Below are positions 63,792 to 64,000 of a stretch of 64,000 nucleotides of DNA, in pieces. The DNA is from a virus, in IMG/VR virus record IMGVR_UViG_3300048999_000192, positions 64,001 through 128,000 of that record; one strand, given 5' to 3'. A model generated the notes under the pieces. It was not told the origin of the DNA. It worked only from the letters and a program-made list of their open reading frames with translations, and made no database searches. How positions within the stretch are numbered: the first letter of the stretch is position 1; the number at the start of each line of letters is the position of its first letter. The position numbers and the translations under genes are program-made.

Positions 63792-64000
63792 ATGAGGATC
63801 TCCTATGTCGGCGGAGATGCGGGGTGGGGCAACAACACCGTCACCTTCGACGTCTCTACGGACTTCGTTGTCTGGCCGACCGTGCAGCCAGGCGATTTCG
63901 CGCTGCTCGCGTGGAACTACCAGAACACGGCGACACCGACCACCCCGACGGGGTTCTCGCAGATCGACTACCAGATTCAGGGCAGCGAGGGGGCTTCGGT
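63792..64000 (+). CDS. Virion protein (5' partial, runs off window)
   Basis: MRISYVG..VQPGDFALL..TPTGF. Confidence 0.6.
   Translation, partial: MRISYVGGDAGWGNNTVTFDVSTDFVVWPTVQPGDFALLAWNYQNTATPTTPTGFSQIDYQIQGSEGAS

Overview
This 64 kb high-GC window is a segment of a large actinobacteriophage (or prophage) genome. The portal, prohead protease, decoration protein and major capsid genes look like those I recall from Bxz1/cluster-C-type actinophages; this is recalled similarity and needs a search to confirm. About 1-23.3 kb is a dense run of small early/accessory genes. These include a HAD-like protein, a HicA-like protein, an orphan OmpR-type winged-helix protein, a family-4 UDG, a MazG-like protein and many membrane proteins. 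They follow repeated sigma70/HrdB-like promoters that carry a CCAAG-N4-CTTGG palindrome. About 23.3-64 kb is the head/virion module, preceded repeatedly by a second motif, GCTGT-N21-GAAGAGGTGA, and interrupted by two early-type islands. The most striking feature is a set of very large head-module polyproteins, including the prohead protease itself. In them, His-rich enzyme-like domains are strung together at recurring [KRH]-[TEQ]-A junctions: at least five ADP-ribosyltransferase-like domains (one Arr-like, one ART-PolyVal-like), a ParB/Srx-like domain and an HhH-GPD/DUF7178-like domain. This suggests a protease-released, capsid-packaged effector payload. Three unannotated DUF397-like micro-ORFs and an iteron/inverted-repeat array next to an RHH-like gene were also found. 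No terminase, integrase, tRNA or CRISPR array was seen.
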